A DNA stretch of 64,000 nt from Firmicutes bacterium ADurb.Bin080. Lineage in GTDB: Bacteria > Bacillota > Clostridia > Christensenellales > DTU072. Each line of letters opens with the position of its first letter. Position 1 is the stretch's first letter. The stretch spans positions 19,066 to 83,065 of the forward strand of contig MWEH01000092.1 in assembly GCA_002070965.1 (NCBI GenBank). Direction: 5' to 3'. This document shows, piece by piece, positions 1-8,938 of the stretch. The notes beneath the pieces were generated by a model. It did not search any database and was not told where the DNA came from. It saw only the letters and a list, made by a program, of their open reading frames with translations. The translations under genes were made by a program, and so were the position numbers.

Positions 1-558
1 GTGGATGCCATTCATTACCATTCCTATCCATTCACTGGAGAACTTGCCTTGCAAAAAGTAAGGGATTTATGCAAAGTAATATCAAAATATAATTTAGGCA
101 TTAAACTCTACATTGTTAATTTCACGGAAATTCAACAAGAAATCTATAAGGCTTGCCCAAAAGAGTTTTTAATTACCATTATGCGTAGATTTATGATGAG
201 AATCGCAGAAAAAATTTCTTTGCTTAATAATTTAAGCTGCATTATTACCGGTGAAAGTTTAGGCCAGGTTGCAAGTCAAACTATAGAGGGTATCACTAGT
301 ACTGATAGAGTTCTTTCATCACTATCTGTTTTAAGACCTCTTATAGCTTTTGACAAAACAGACACAATAGAATTAGCTAACAAATATAATACTTTTAAAT
401 TGAGTATTTTGCCTTACGAAGATTGTTGTACAGTTTTTCTTCCAGAAAATCCTAGTATACATCCTAATATTTTTGAAGTTGAAAAATCAGAACTAAATTT
501 AAATCTTGAATCACTTATGCAAAGAGCTATAGAGACTTTAGTAATAGAAAAATATTAA
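1..558 (+). CDS. thiI: tRNA 4-thiouridine synthase ThiI, C-terminal part (5' end lies outside the window)
   Basis: Frame is open from base 1. ThiI C-terminal motifs ITGESLGQVASQT, LRPLIAFDK and EDCCTVF are present. Confidence 0.85.
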   Translation: MDAIHYHSYPFTGELALQKVRDLCKVISKYNLGIKLYIVNFTEIQQEIYKACPKEFLITIMRRFMMRIAEKISLLNNLSCIITGESLGQVASQTIEGITSTDRVLSSLSVLRPLIAFDKTDTIELANKYNTFKLSILPYEDCCTVFLPENPSIHPNIFEVEKSELNLNLESLMQRAIETLVIEKY

Positions 559-664
559 AGATTTAGGAAACACAATTTTTTTACCTCAACAAAAATTTCT
601 TACTTAGTAATAAAACAAGATCTTTTTATCCTATTTTAGTTAACATTTTAAAGAGGGTAATTTG

Positions 665-693
665 TTGATAAGAACTCTCTATTATTGTATAAT
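665..693 (+). promoter_or_regulatory. Sigma-70-type promoter of miaB: TTGATA-N17-TATAAT with TG directly upstream of the -10 box
   Basis: ttgata at 665-670 and tataat at 688-693. ATG at 700 lies 6 nt after the -10 box and there is no SD between them. Confidence 0.55.
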
Positions 694-699
694 TTTACC

Positions 700-2037
700 A
701 TGAAAAAATATTATCTAGAATCTTTTGGCTGCCAAATGAATATTAGTGATTCTGAAACCATTGCTGGATATTTGGCAACAATGGATTTAGAAAGAACGCT
801 TAATATCGCGGATGCTGATTTAGTTTTTTTCCATACCTGTTGTGTTCGAGATTCTGCCGAAAGTAAAATTGTCGGGAGGATTGGAGAAACAATTCATCTA
901 AAGGAAAAGAAAAAAGATCTAATTGTTGTAATTTCCGGATGTATGATGCAACAACCAGGCGCGGCAGAACTCTTATCCAAAAAATTCCCACATATAGATT
1001 TAATGATTGGGACCTCCAATTTAAGTTCTATACAGGATTTATTAGAACAACTCATTAGAAATAAAGATAAGAAAAATAAATTTCAAAAAACTCAAATTGA
1101 ATGTTTTAATGAATTAAATTCTAAATTCAATGAAAATGATGATGTTTTGCGATCATCATGGCCAAATGCATGGGTGCCAATTATTAAAGGATGTAATAAT
1201 TATTGTAGCTATTGCATAGTACCTTATGTAAGGGGCCCAGAGATTAGTCGTATTCCAGAAAATATTATAAATGAAGTTCATCACTTGCTGAAAAATAATT
1301 ATAAAGAGATAACGCTGTTAGGCCAAAATGTTAATAGTTACGGAAACGATTTAAACTCTGATTGGACCTTTACAAAACTAATTGAATCGATATCAAATTA
1401 TGATTACAAATACAGAGTTCGTTTTATGACTTCTCATCCAAAGGATTTATCTCAAGATCTAATTGAAGCCATCGCAAAAAACAATATGGTTTCCAAACAT
1501 ATACATTTACCAATCCAGGCAGGGTCTGATAAAGTATTAAGATTAATGAATAGAAAGTATACACAAGAAAAATATATGAATCTACTTACTAATATTAAGA
1601 ATCAAATACCTGGGGTATCGATAACAACAGATGTTATGGTTGGATTTCCCGGCGAGACAGAAGATGATTTTTTAGAAACTATGGATGTTATAAACAAAGC
1701 ACAATTTCATAATGCCTATATGTTTGTATATTCTCAAAGAAAAGGGACTCCAGCCGCAAGTATGCCAAATCAAATATCTAGATTAGAAAAAATGGACAGA
1801 ATATCCAGATTGATCAAACTACAGAATAGTATCTCCTGTGAGATCAGCAAAAAATATTTAAACACAACTTATGAGGTTTTAGTCGACAATATGATTTCAG
1901 GCGAAATTTATTGTGGAAGAACAGATAACGGTAGATTAGTAAAATTTAAAGCAAAGGATTCAAATATTATTGGAAGTTTTGTTAATGTTAAAATTAATTA
2001 TAACAAAGGCTCATCTCTTTGGGGAGACATTATCTAA
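700..2037 (+). CDS. miaB: tRNA-i6A37 methylthiotransferase MiaB (radical SAM)
   Basis: N-terminus MKKYYLESFGCQMN and radical-SAM motif CNNYCSYCIVPYVRG. I prefer the ATG at 700 over the TTG at 685 because it matches the family N-terminus. Confidence 0.92.
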   Translation: MKKYYLESFGCQMNISDSETIAGYLATMDLERTLNIADADLVFFHTCCVRDSAESKIVGRIGETIHLKEKKKDLIVVISGCMMQQPGAAELLSKKFPHIDLMIGTSNLSSIQDLLEQLIRNKDKKNKFQKTQIECFNELNSKFNENDDVLRSSWPNAWVPIIKGCNNYCSYCIVPYVRGPEISRIPENIINEVHHLLKNNYKEITLLGQNVNSYGNDLNSDWTFTKLIESISNYDYKYRVRFMTSHPKDLSQDLIEAIAKNNMVSKHIHLPIQAGSDKVLRLMNRKYTQEKYMNLLTNIKNQIPGVSITTDVMVGFPGETEDDFLETMDVINKAQFHNAYMFVYSQRKGTPAASMPNQISRLEKMDRISRLIKLQNSISCEISKKYLNTTYEVLVDNMISGEIYCGRTDNGRLVKFKAKDSNIIGSFVNVKINYNKGSSLWGDII

Positions 2038-4682
2038 TGGCTAAAACATTTGAATTGTCTGAAATGATGCAACATTATCTAAAAATAAAGGAACAAAACA
2101 AGGACTGTTTTGTATTTTATAGGTTAGGTGATTTCTATGAAATGTTTTTTGATGATGCTATTATTGCATCCAAAATTCTAGATATAACCTTAACTGGACG
2201 AGAATGTGGATTAGAAAATAGAGCCCCAATGTGCGGAGTTCCCTATCATTCAGTTGATAGTTATATAAATAAAATTGTAAAACTAGGACATAAAGTCGCA
2301 ATTTGCGAACAGTTATCATTACCTGGAGAGAAAAAAGGATTGATTGACCGGGATATTGTAAGAATTATTACTCCTGGAACGATTACTAGCGATCAATCTC
2401 TTTCATCCTCGGATAATAATTATTTGCTTGCCTTTCAATTTTTAAAAGATAGTTATTCCTTAGCTTGGGCAGATATATCTACAGGTGAAGTTTTTTGCAA
2501 AGAGGAAGAGTTTCTTGAAAATAACCAAATTTTTGATTCTCTTTTGTCTATAAAACCATCAGAAATAATAGCAAACAGATATGGATACGAGTTTCTGCTA
2601 AATTCAGATTACGTAAACAATGATATGCTTCCTCGCCCCCAGGACTTTTATGAATATTCTTTTTCTCAAGAAAACGCGATTGATTCTATTTTAAATTTTT
2701 ATAAAGTTAACAATATTGCTTCCTTAGGGTTAACTCTAAAGAAAAGCGCAATGGGTGCATTGGGAGCATTAACAAAATACATTTCTATGACTCAAAAAAT
2801 TGACTTAAAACATTTTTCTCCTCCAAAGATAATTAGAAATGATTCATATATGTATCTAGATTTCACTACTATTAAAAATCTTGAATTATTAGAGAACATC
2901 TATGACCGAAGCAAGAAAGGAAGTTTACTTGGAATTATCGATAATACTGTTACAAGCATGGGAGGAAGATTTTTAAAACATTTATTGACGCATCCATTAA
3001 ACAACCAAAACGAGATCAATTTAAGATTAGATGCGATTGAAGAACTAGTAAATACTCCTCAGCTAACAAAAGAACTCATAGATATTCTTTCTAAAATTAG
3101 AGATATAGAAAGATTATGTAACAAAATTTCTTACAATACAATAAATCCAAGGGAAGTATTAAGCATAAAAATCTCTCTAAAACAAATATCTGCAACTAAA
3201 ATTTTTATAGCAAGATATAAATCAGATTTATTAAAAAGTCTTTATGATAAGCTTAATCCTCTTCAAGAAATGAACAACTTGATAGAAAATGCTATTGTTG
3301 AAGAACCACCAATCTCAACAAAAGAAGGAGGTATCATAAAAGATGGGTTTAATAAAACTTTAGATGATTATAGAGAAGCACAACGTAACTCAAAACAATG
3401 GCTTACTGAATATGAAATCAAAGAAAGAAATGATACAGATATAAAATCGTTGAAAATTGGATACAATAGAGTATTCGGATACTTTATAGAAGTGAGCAAC
3501 TCTTACGTGACTAGAGTCCCCGAAAGATATATGAGGAAACAAACTTTATCGACAGGCGAACGATTTATTACAGAAGAATTGAAAGAAATGGAAGATAAGA
3601 TTTTAGGGTCATATGAAAAAACCATATCTCTTGAGGATAAAATATATTGTTCTTTAAAAGATGAATTAAAAAAGAATATTTCTTCTATACAAGACAATGC
3701 AAAAACAATTGCATTATTGGATGTATTGACTTCATTAGCCTATTTAGCTTATGTTTCCAATTATTCCAGACCAGTAATAACCAATACAAGTGATTTAAAA
3801 ATTATTAATGGAAGACACCCCGTAGTAGAAAACATACATAAAAATAATGAGTTTATCCCCAATGATGTAATATTTAACAATGAGCTTAAAACTTTAATCA
3901 TCACTGGCCCAAATATGGCGGGGAAATCTACATATATGAGGCAAATTGCACTAATTGTAATATTGGCTCATATGGGTTCATTTGTTCCCTGTGAAAAAGC
4001 GTTAATCCCGATTATTGATAGAGTATTCGCAAGAGTTGGGGCTAGTGATAATTTAGCGTTTGGACAATCAACATTTATGGTTGAGATGAGTGAAGTTTCG
4101 AATATTATTAACAATGCTACAGAAAAATCATTAGTTTTATTTGATGAAATAGGCAGAGGAACATCTACAATTGATGGATTAGCTATAGCATGGGCAATAT
4201 GCGAGTTTGTAACGCTTAGAATTAAATGTAAAACTCTTTTTGCAACCCATTACCATGAATTATCTGAACTTGAAAACATTATTTCAGAGATAAAGAATTT
4301 TCATGTACTCATAAAAGATGTAAATGGAAAAATAGTTTTTCTATATAAAATAGCAAGAGGGGGAGCGAACAAAAGCTTTGGAGTTGAAGTTGCTTCATTA
4401 GCAGGAATTCATACAGATATTATTTCTAGGGCAAGAAGTATACTTAATTCTCTAGAAGAATCTCATGACTCCATTGGATTAAAAGATCGAATTACTTCAA
4501 GTCCAAACAAAGATTCAATTCCTACCACGCAAATTGGGTTTTTTGAAAGTGACTCAAAATACAACGAATTATGTAAAATACTTGATGATATAAACGTTGA
4601 TAATTGTACGCCCATTGAAGCCTTATCAATATTATCAAACCTAAAAAAAATGACAAAGACAAATAGGAAAAATAAAAAGTGA
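2037..4682 (+). CDS. mutS: DNA mismatch repair protein MutS
   Basis: Walker A GPNMAGKSTYMRQ and typical MutS N-terminus MAKTFELSEMMQHYL. TAATG overlap with the miaB stop. Confidence 0.95.
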   Translation: MAKTFELSEMMQHYLKIKEQNKDCFVFYRLGDFYEMFFDDAIIASKILDITLTGRECGLENRAPMCGVPYHSVDSYINKIVKLGHKVAICEQLSLPGEKKGLIDRDIVRIITPGTITSDQSLSSSDNNYLLAFQFLKDSYSLAWADISTGEVFCKEEEFLENNQIFDSLLSIKPSEIIANRYGYEFLLNSDYVNNDMLPRPQDFYEYSFSQENAIDSILNFYKVNNIASLGLTLKKSAMGALGALTKYISMTQKIDLKHFSPPKIIRNDSYMYLDFTTIKNLELLENIYDRSKKGSLLGIIDNTVTSMGGRFLKHLLTHPLNNQNEINLRLDAIEELVNTPQLTKELIDILSKIRDIERLCNKISYNTINPREVLSIKISLKQISATKIFIARYKSDLLKSLYDKLNPLQEMNNLIENAIVEEPPISTKEGGIIKDGFNKTLDDYREAQRNSKQWLTEYEIKERNDTDIKSLKIGYNRVFGYFIEVSNSYVTRVPERYMRKQTLSTGERFITEELKEMEDKILGSYEKTISLEDKIYCSLKDELKKNISSIQDNAKTIALLDVLTSLAYLAYVSNYSRPVITNTSDLKIINGRHPVVENIHKNNEFIPNDVIFNNELKTLIITGPNMAGKSTYMRQIALIVILAHMGSFVPCEKALIPIIDRVFARVGASDNLAFGQSTFMVEMSEVSNIINNATEKSLVLFDEIGRGTSTIDGLAIAWAICEFVTLRIKCKTLFATHYHELSELENIISEIKNFHVLIKDVNGKIVFLYKIARGGANKSFGVEVASLAGIHTDIISRARSILNSLEESHDSIGLKDRITSSPNKDSIPTTQIGFFESDSKYNELCKILDDINVDNCTPIEALSILSNLKKMTKTNRKNKK

Positions 4683-6550
4683 TAATTAATATTTTAGATA
4701 GCACTGTATATAACAGAATTTCTGCTGGAGAAGTAATCGAAAATCCTTCTTCTGTTGTTAAAGAACTTTTAGACAATTGTATTGATGCTGGAGCGACTAG
4801 CATTTCAATTAAGACAAAAGACGGGGGATTATCATACATAGAAATAAGTGATAATGGTTCTGGAATCCCAAAATCAGAGTTATCCAAAACAATTCTGCCA
4901 CATGCAACTAGTAAACTTAATAAAGCTGAAGATTTATTTTATATATCAACACTTGGTTTTAGAGGTGAGGCCTTGGCGTCAATTTCTGAAGTCAGCGATT
5001 TTGAAATCAGAACTAGAAATAACAAAGATACTAATGGGTGCTTCTTACATAAAATTAATGACACATATATAGTCGAAGATTATCCAAAAGAATCTGGAAC
5101 AACAGTTTTGGTAAAGAATCTTTTTTTTAATACTCCTGCTAGATATAAATTTTTAGGGACTAAAGCTTCTGAAGAAAATAATATTAAAAAAATTCTAACC
5201 CAATATATATTAGCAAATCCAAATATTAGTTTTATTTGGGAAACCGAAAATGGATACATCTTCAGATCAAATGGACAAGGGCTTAATGAATCGATAGTAA
5301 CTGTATATGGCAATAATATTTTTGATAAATTGATTCCTATTGAGGATACAGAAGGTAAGATAAAAATTTCCGGCTATATTTCTTCTCCAGAAATATATAA
5401 AAATAATCGTAATTTTCAAACTATCATTATTAATGGTAGATGTATTAGTGAAATAGGGATATCCGGAGTCTTGAATAATTTATATTCAAAATATCTAATG
5501 AAACACTGTTTCCCCATTGTTATTCTAAATATTCTGATCCCTTTTGAGGAAGTTGATGTAAACGTTCATCCAACCAAAAAAGAGGTAAGACTATCCAACA
5601 CAAAGCAAGTGTATGGTAAACTATACAATACACTTAATTATTTTCTTGAAAGGCACCTGGAAGATAAACAAAAAGCTTCTCTAAATTCTTTTTTAAATAT
5701 TGAATCCACTCAATTTACTCCAATATCTTCAGAGCAACATAAACCTTCAATGATTGATTATCAGGATGATATTGATATTTCAAAAGAAACAATATCTCTT
5801 TCCAGTAGCCAAGTTTCTCTAGAAGATTTACCTATTGTTGAGAAAAATGCTCTCTTTTCGAGCGATTTGATAAATAATAATTGTATTGTTTCAGATCAGG
5901 AAAACATATTAGTTGATAATTCTACTTACAATAATATATCTAATAATAAATTACTCACAAATATTGACAAAAAATATACTATTTTAGGCCAAATTTTTTC
6001 TACATATATAGTTGTATCAAATTTAGAGTCTGTTTTCTTTATTGATCAACACGCTTTGCATGAAAGAATTCTATATGATAATTATTTAGCTGACTTAAAA
6101 AATAACTCGGTAAACTCTCAATATTTACTGATACCAGAAATTATCAATTGTTCTTATGAACAAAAGAAAAATATTATTTCAATCAGTGCCATCTTAGCTT
6201 ATTATGGATTTATCATAGAAGATTTTGGCCAACTTTCTTTTCGGGTCATAGCTGTTCCTTCTAGTTTGAAAGATTATCTTAATTTATCAAATTTATTTGA
6301 ACAATTATATGAATTTAACTTCTATAATAAAAAAATCGATGCTATTGATAGTCTTTTGTCTGAAAGATTCGCTCTTTTAGCATGTAAAGCCGCTGTGAAA
6401 GCAGGTGATAAATTTTCTTATGAGCAGCTTAATTATCTAGTGGAGTATTTTTTTAAAGAAGGACTTCCGAGTAAATGCCCACACGGACGTCCTAGTTATA
6501 TTTCTTTTTCAAAAATTGATTTAGAAAAATTATTTAAAAGAAAATTATGA
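4679..6550 (+). CDS. mutL: DNA mismatch repair protein MutL
   Basis: GHKL ATPase motifs ISAGEVIENPSSVVKELLDNCIDAGA and GFRGEAL. The start overlaps the mutS stop. Confidence 0.95.
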   Translation: MIINILDSTVYNRISAGEVIENPSSVVKELLDNCIDAGATSISIKTKDGGLSYIEISDNGSGIPKSELSKTILPHATSKLNKAEDLFYISTLGFRGEALASISEVSDFEIRTRNNKDTNGCFLHKINDTYIVEDYPKESGTTVLVKNLFFNTPARYKFLGTKASEENNIKKILTQYILANPNISFIWETENGYIFRSNGQGLNESIVTVYGNNIFDKLIPIEDTEGKIKISGYISSPEIYKNNRNFQTIIINGRCISEIGISGVLNNLYSKYLMKHCFPIVILNILIPFEEVDVNVHPTKKEVRLSNTKQVYGKLYNTLNYFLERHLEDKQKASLNSFLNIESTQFTPISSEQHKPSMIDYQDDIDISKETISLSSSQVSLEDLPIVEKNALFSSDLINNNCIVSDQENILVDNSTYNNISNNKLLTNIDKKYTILGQIFSTYIVVSNLESVFFIDQHALHERILYDNYLADLKNNSVNSQYLLIPEIINCSYEQKKNIISISAILAYYGFIIEDFGQLSFRVIAVPSSLKDYLNLSNLFEQLYEFNFYNKKIDAIDSLLSERFALLACKAAVKAGDKFSYEQLNYLVEYFFKEGLPSKCPHGRPSYISFSKIDLEKLFKRKL

Positions 6551-7476
6551 ATTCATTAACAAAACAGAATATTATTATTTGTGGAGCAACTGCTACAGGT
6601 AAAACCATTATTGCCGAAAAACTCGCTTTAGCTTTAGATGGAGAAATAGTATCAGCTGATTCAATGCAAATATATAAAAAAATGAATATCGGTACAGCAA
6701 AAGAAGATTTATCTGTGAAACAACACATGATAAATATTTGTGAGCCAGATGAAGAATATAGTGTTTTTAATTTTTCTACTCAAGCCAGACAAGTTATTAG
6801 ACAAATTAATAATAGTAATAGAGTTGCAATTATTTGTGGGGGAACCGGTTTATATATTGATTCGATTATTTATAAAATGAATTATGGACTTCAAAGAACG
6901 GATAATCCCTTAATTAAGACTGAAATAGAAAAAGATCTGAAAACCCACGGCCCTATATTTATCTACAATGAATTATTGAAGCTTGATCCTATTACCGCCA
7001 AAAAAATACACGTAAATAATATTAGAAGAATTACTCGAGCCTTATATTTATGCAGAATAAATAATAAACCTATCTCTGAAATCCAAGAGAAGATACCTGA
7101 AAACAACTTTAGAATTTTTATTATTGAACGCAATAGGGAAGACCTTATTAGCCGGATTAACATTAGAGTGGAAAAAATGTTTAATATGGGGCTAAAAAAT
7201 GAAGTAACCAGCCTTTTAAACGCAGGATATAGTTATAATTTACAATCGATGCAAGCAATAGGGTACAAAGAATGGAAAGAATTTTTTTCTGGGAATATAA
7301 GCGAGGAGCAAGTAAAAGATAAAATTTTAATTAATACCCGTCAATATGCCAAAAGACAAATTACATGGTTTAAAAATCAATATATTAATATTGGCCAATA
7401 TTTTTTATTAGAAAATGAGCAAGATATAGATGATTTAATATCTAAAACTATTAAGTTATATAAGGAGAATGAATGA
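6547..7476 (+). CDS. miaA: tRNA dimethylallyltransferase MiaA
   Basis: P-loop ICGATATGKT and SADSMQIYKKMNIGTAK. ATGA overlaps on both sides. Confidence 0.93.
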   Translation: MNSLTKQNIIICGATATGKTIIAEKLALALDGEIVSADSMQIYKKMNIGTAKEDLSVKQHMINICEPDEEYSVFNFSTQARQVIRQINNSNRVAIICGGTGLYIDSIIYKMNYGLQRTDNPLIKTEIEKDLKTHGPIFIYNELLKLDPITAKKIHVNNIRRITRALYLCRINNKPISEIQEKIPENNFRIFIIERNREDLISRINIRVEKMFNMGLKNEVTSLLNAGYSYNLQSMQAIGYKEWKEFFSGNISEEQVKDKILINTRQYAKRQITWFKNQYINIGQYFLLENEQDIDDLISKTIKLYKENE

Positions 7477-8705
7477 CATTACTAAATATTGATGAATTAA
7501 TCAAAACTGCAGAAATTGAAAGTAAGAATCTATTTGAACAAATCGAAGAAACAGCTTTATTCAATCAAAAAAAAGTTTTGGATTCCTTTAGAAAACATAG
7601 AGTATCTCCCATGCATTTCTCCCATTCAACAGGATATGGATATGATGACATTGGCCGAGATACTTTATCAAAAGTCTTTTCTAGTATTTTTAAGACTGAG
7701 AGTTCAATTGTATCACCTTTGATTACTTCAGGGACCCATGCAATCTCAATTGCACTATTTGGACTATTACGACCATATAATTCTTTATTATGTATAACAG
7801 GAAATCCCTATGACACTCTAGAAAACGTAATAAATGGGGATAATAATGGTTCATTAAAGGATTATTTAATTAATTATAAACAAATTGAACTAGATTCAAA
7901 TGGAAATATTCAAATTGATCTCGTTAATAAATATCTAGTAGATAATGCTATTGATGTAGTATTAATAACTCGTTCAGAAGGATATTCTTGGCGGGAAGCT
8001 CTTTCTATTGACGAAATTGAAATAATAATAAGAAACATAAAACAAAAATCTCCCAAAACAGTAATTATTGTTGATAATTGCTATGGTGAATTTGTGGATA
8101 AAAGGGAGCCATCAGAAGTTGGCGCAGATATTATAGTTGGATCCTTAATAAAAAACCCTGGAGGTGGAATCGCGCCAACAGGAGGTTATATAGCAGGGAA
8201 GGAGTCGCTTATTAAAAAGATTGCCTCAAGGTTTACTTGTCCTGGTTTAGGATTAGAAGTTGGTTCATATTTTTCTTCCTATATCCCATATTATCAAGGG
8301 CTTTTTTTAGCGCCAACACATGTATCTAATTCTCTGAAAGGGTCAATAATTAGTGCGAAGTGTTTTAAAAAGCTAGGATTTGAAGTTAATCCTGACCCCG
8401 AAACTATTCCAAAGGATATAATTCGAGCTATTAAATTTTTAAATAAGGATTTACTAATAAAATTTATTCAATCCATACAATATTCTTCACCAGTCGATAG
8501 CCATGTTACACCGTACCCTTGGGACATGCCTGGATATGAAGATCAAGTAATAATGGCTGCTGGAACATTTATCCAAGGTTCTTCGATTGAGTTGAGTTCA
8601 GATGCTCCAATTAAAGAACCATATATTGCTTATTTACAAGGCGGATTGACGTATGAGCATTATAAAATAGCATTAAACGAATCATTAAGATTTTTTTGTT
8701 CATAA
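7473..8705 (+). CDS. PLP-dependent Cys/Met-metabolism family protein (YnbB, 'aluminium resistance' type)
   Basis: 410 aa. The length and overall sequence resemble the YnbB family that follows miaA(-hfq) in Firmicutes. Family assignment is from memory, not from a search. Confidence 0.75.
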   Translation: MTLLNIDELIKTAEIESKNLFEQIEETALFNQKKVLDSFRKHRVSPMHFSHSTGYGYDDIGRDTLSKVFSSIFKTESSIVSPLITSGTHAISIALFGLLRPYNSLLCITGNPYDTLENVINGDNNGSLKDYLINYKQIELDSNGNIQIDLVNKYLVDNAIDVVLITRSEGYSWREALSIDEIEIIIRNIKQKSPKTVIIVDNCYGEFVDKREPSEVGADIIVGSLIKNPGGGIAPTGGYIAGKESLIKKIASRFTCPGLGLEVGSYFSSYIPYYQGLFLAPTHVSNSLKGSIISAKCFKKLGFEVNPDPETIPKDIIRAIKFLNKDLLIKFIQSIQYSSPVDSHVTPYPWDMPGYEDQVIMAAGTFIQGSSIELSSDAPIKEPYIAYLQGGLTYEHYKIALNESLRFFCS

Positions 8706-8774
8706 TCTTTGTAAAATTATAATTTTCGACCTTTTTGAGAGTTTTTCCCTCTTTTCTTACCACTCTTATCACTA

Positions 8775-8806
8775 TCTATTCGCAAAATCGGTATTTTGCG
8801 AATAGA
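8775..8806 (+). terminator. Perfect 14-bp inverted repeat with a 4-nt loop. Probable intrinsic terminator of the mutS-ynbB operon; alternatively a protein-binding site.
   Basis: tctattcgcaaaat-cggt-attttgcgaataga, followed by the moderately U-rich tatatatgttcttatt. Confidence 0.5.
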
Positions 8807-8903
8807 TATATATGTTCTTATTGTCGGAAGCCCTACTCTTTTAGGCAAAAGTTATATAATAGGATTATTGATTTTTCATATATTTGTTCTCTTCCTTATA
8901 ACA

Positions 8904-8932
8904 TTCAAAATGTAAATATTTTATGCTATAAT
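8904..8932 (+). promoter_or_regulatory. Promoter of the recombinase gene: TTCAAA-N17-TATAAT with extended -10 (TGCTATAAT)
   Basis: tgctataat at 8924-8932. ATG at 8939 lies 6 nt after the -10 box and there is no SD. Confidence 0.55.
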
Positions 8933-8938
8933 TTGTAC

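Noticed and set aside
8804-8831. Resemblance of the reverse complement (GCTTCCGACAATAAGAACATATATATCT) to the B. subtilis dif site as I recall it (ACTTCCTAGAATATATATTATGTAAACT)
   Set aside because: Only the left arm matches (8 of 11). The right arm, which is normally the best conserved, matches at 3 of 11. The two arms are also not inverted repeats of each other.
8735-8938. 68-codon N-terminal extension of the recombinase ORF (track start at 8735)
   Set aside because: The extension begins with a non-ATG codon. It runs through a perfect hairpin and through the predicted promoter, and its peptide (Cys/Tyr/Phe/Arg-rich) looks like translated AT-rich non-coding DNA. The ATG at 8939 gives a normal Xer-sized protein.
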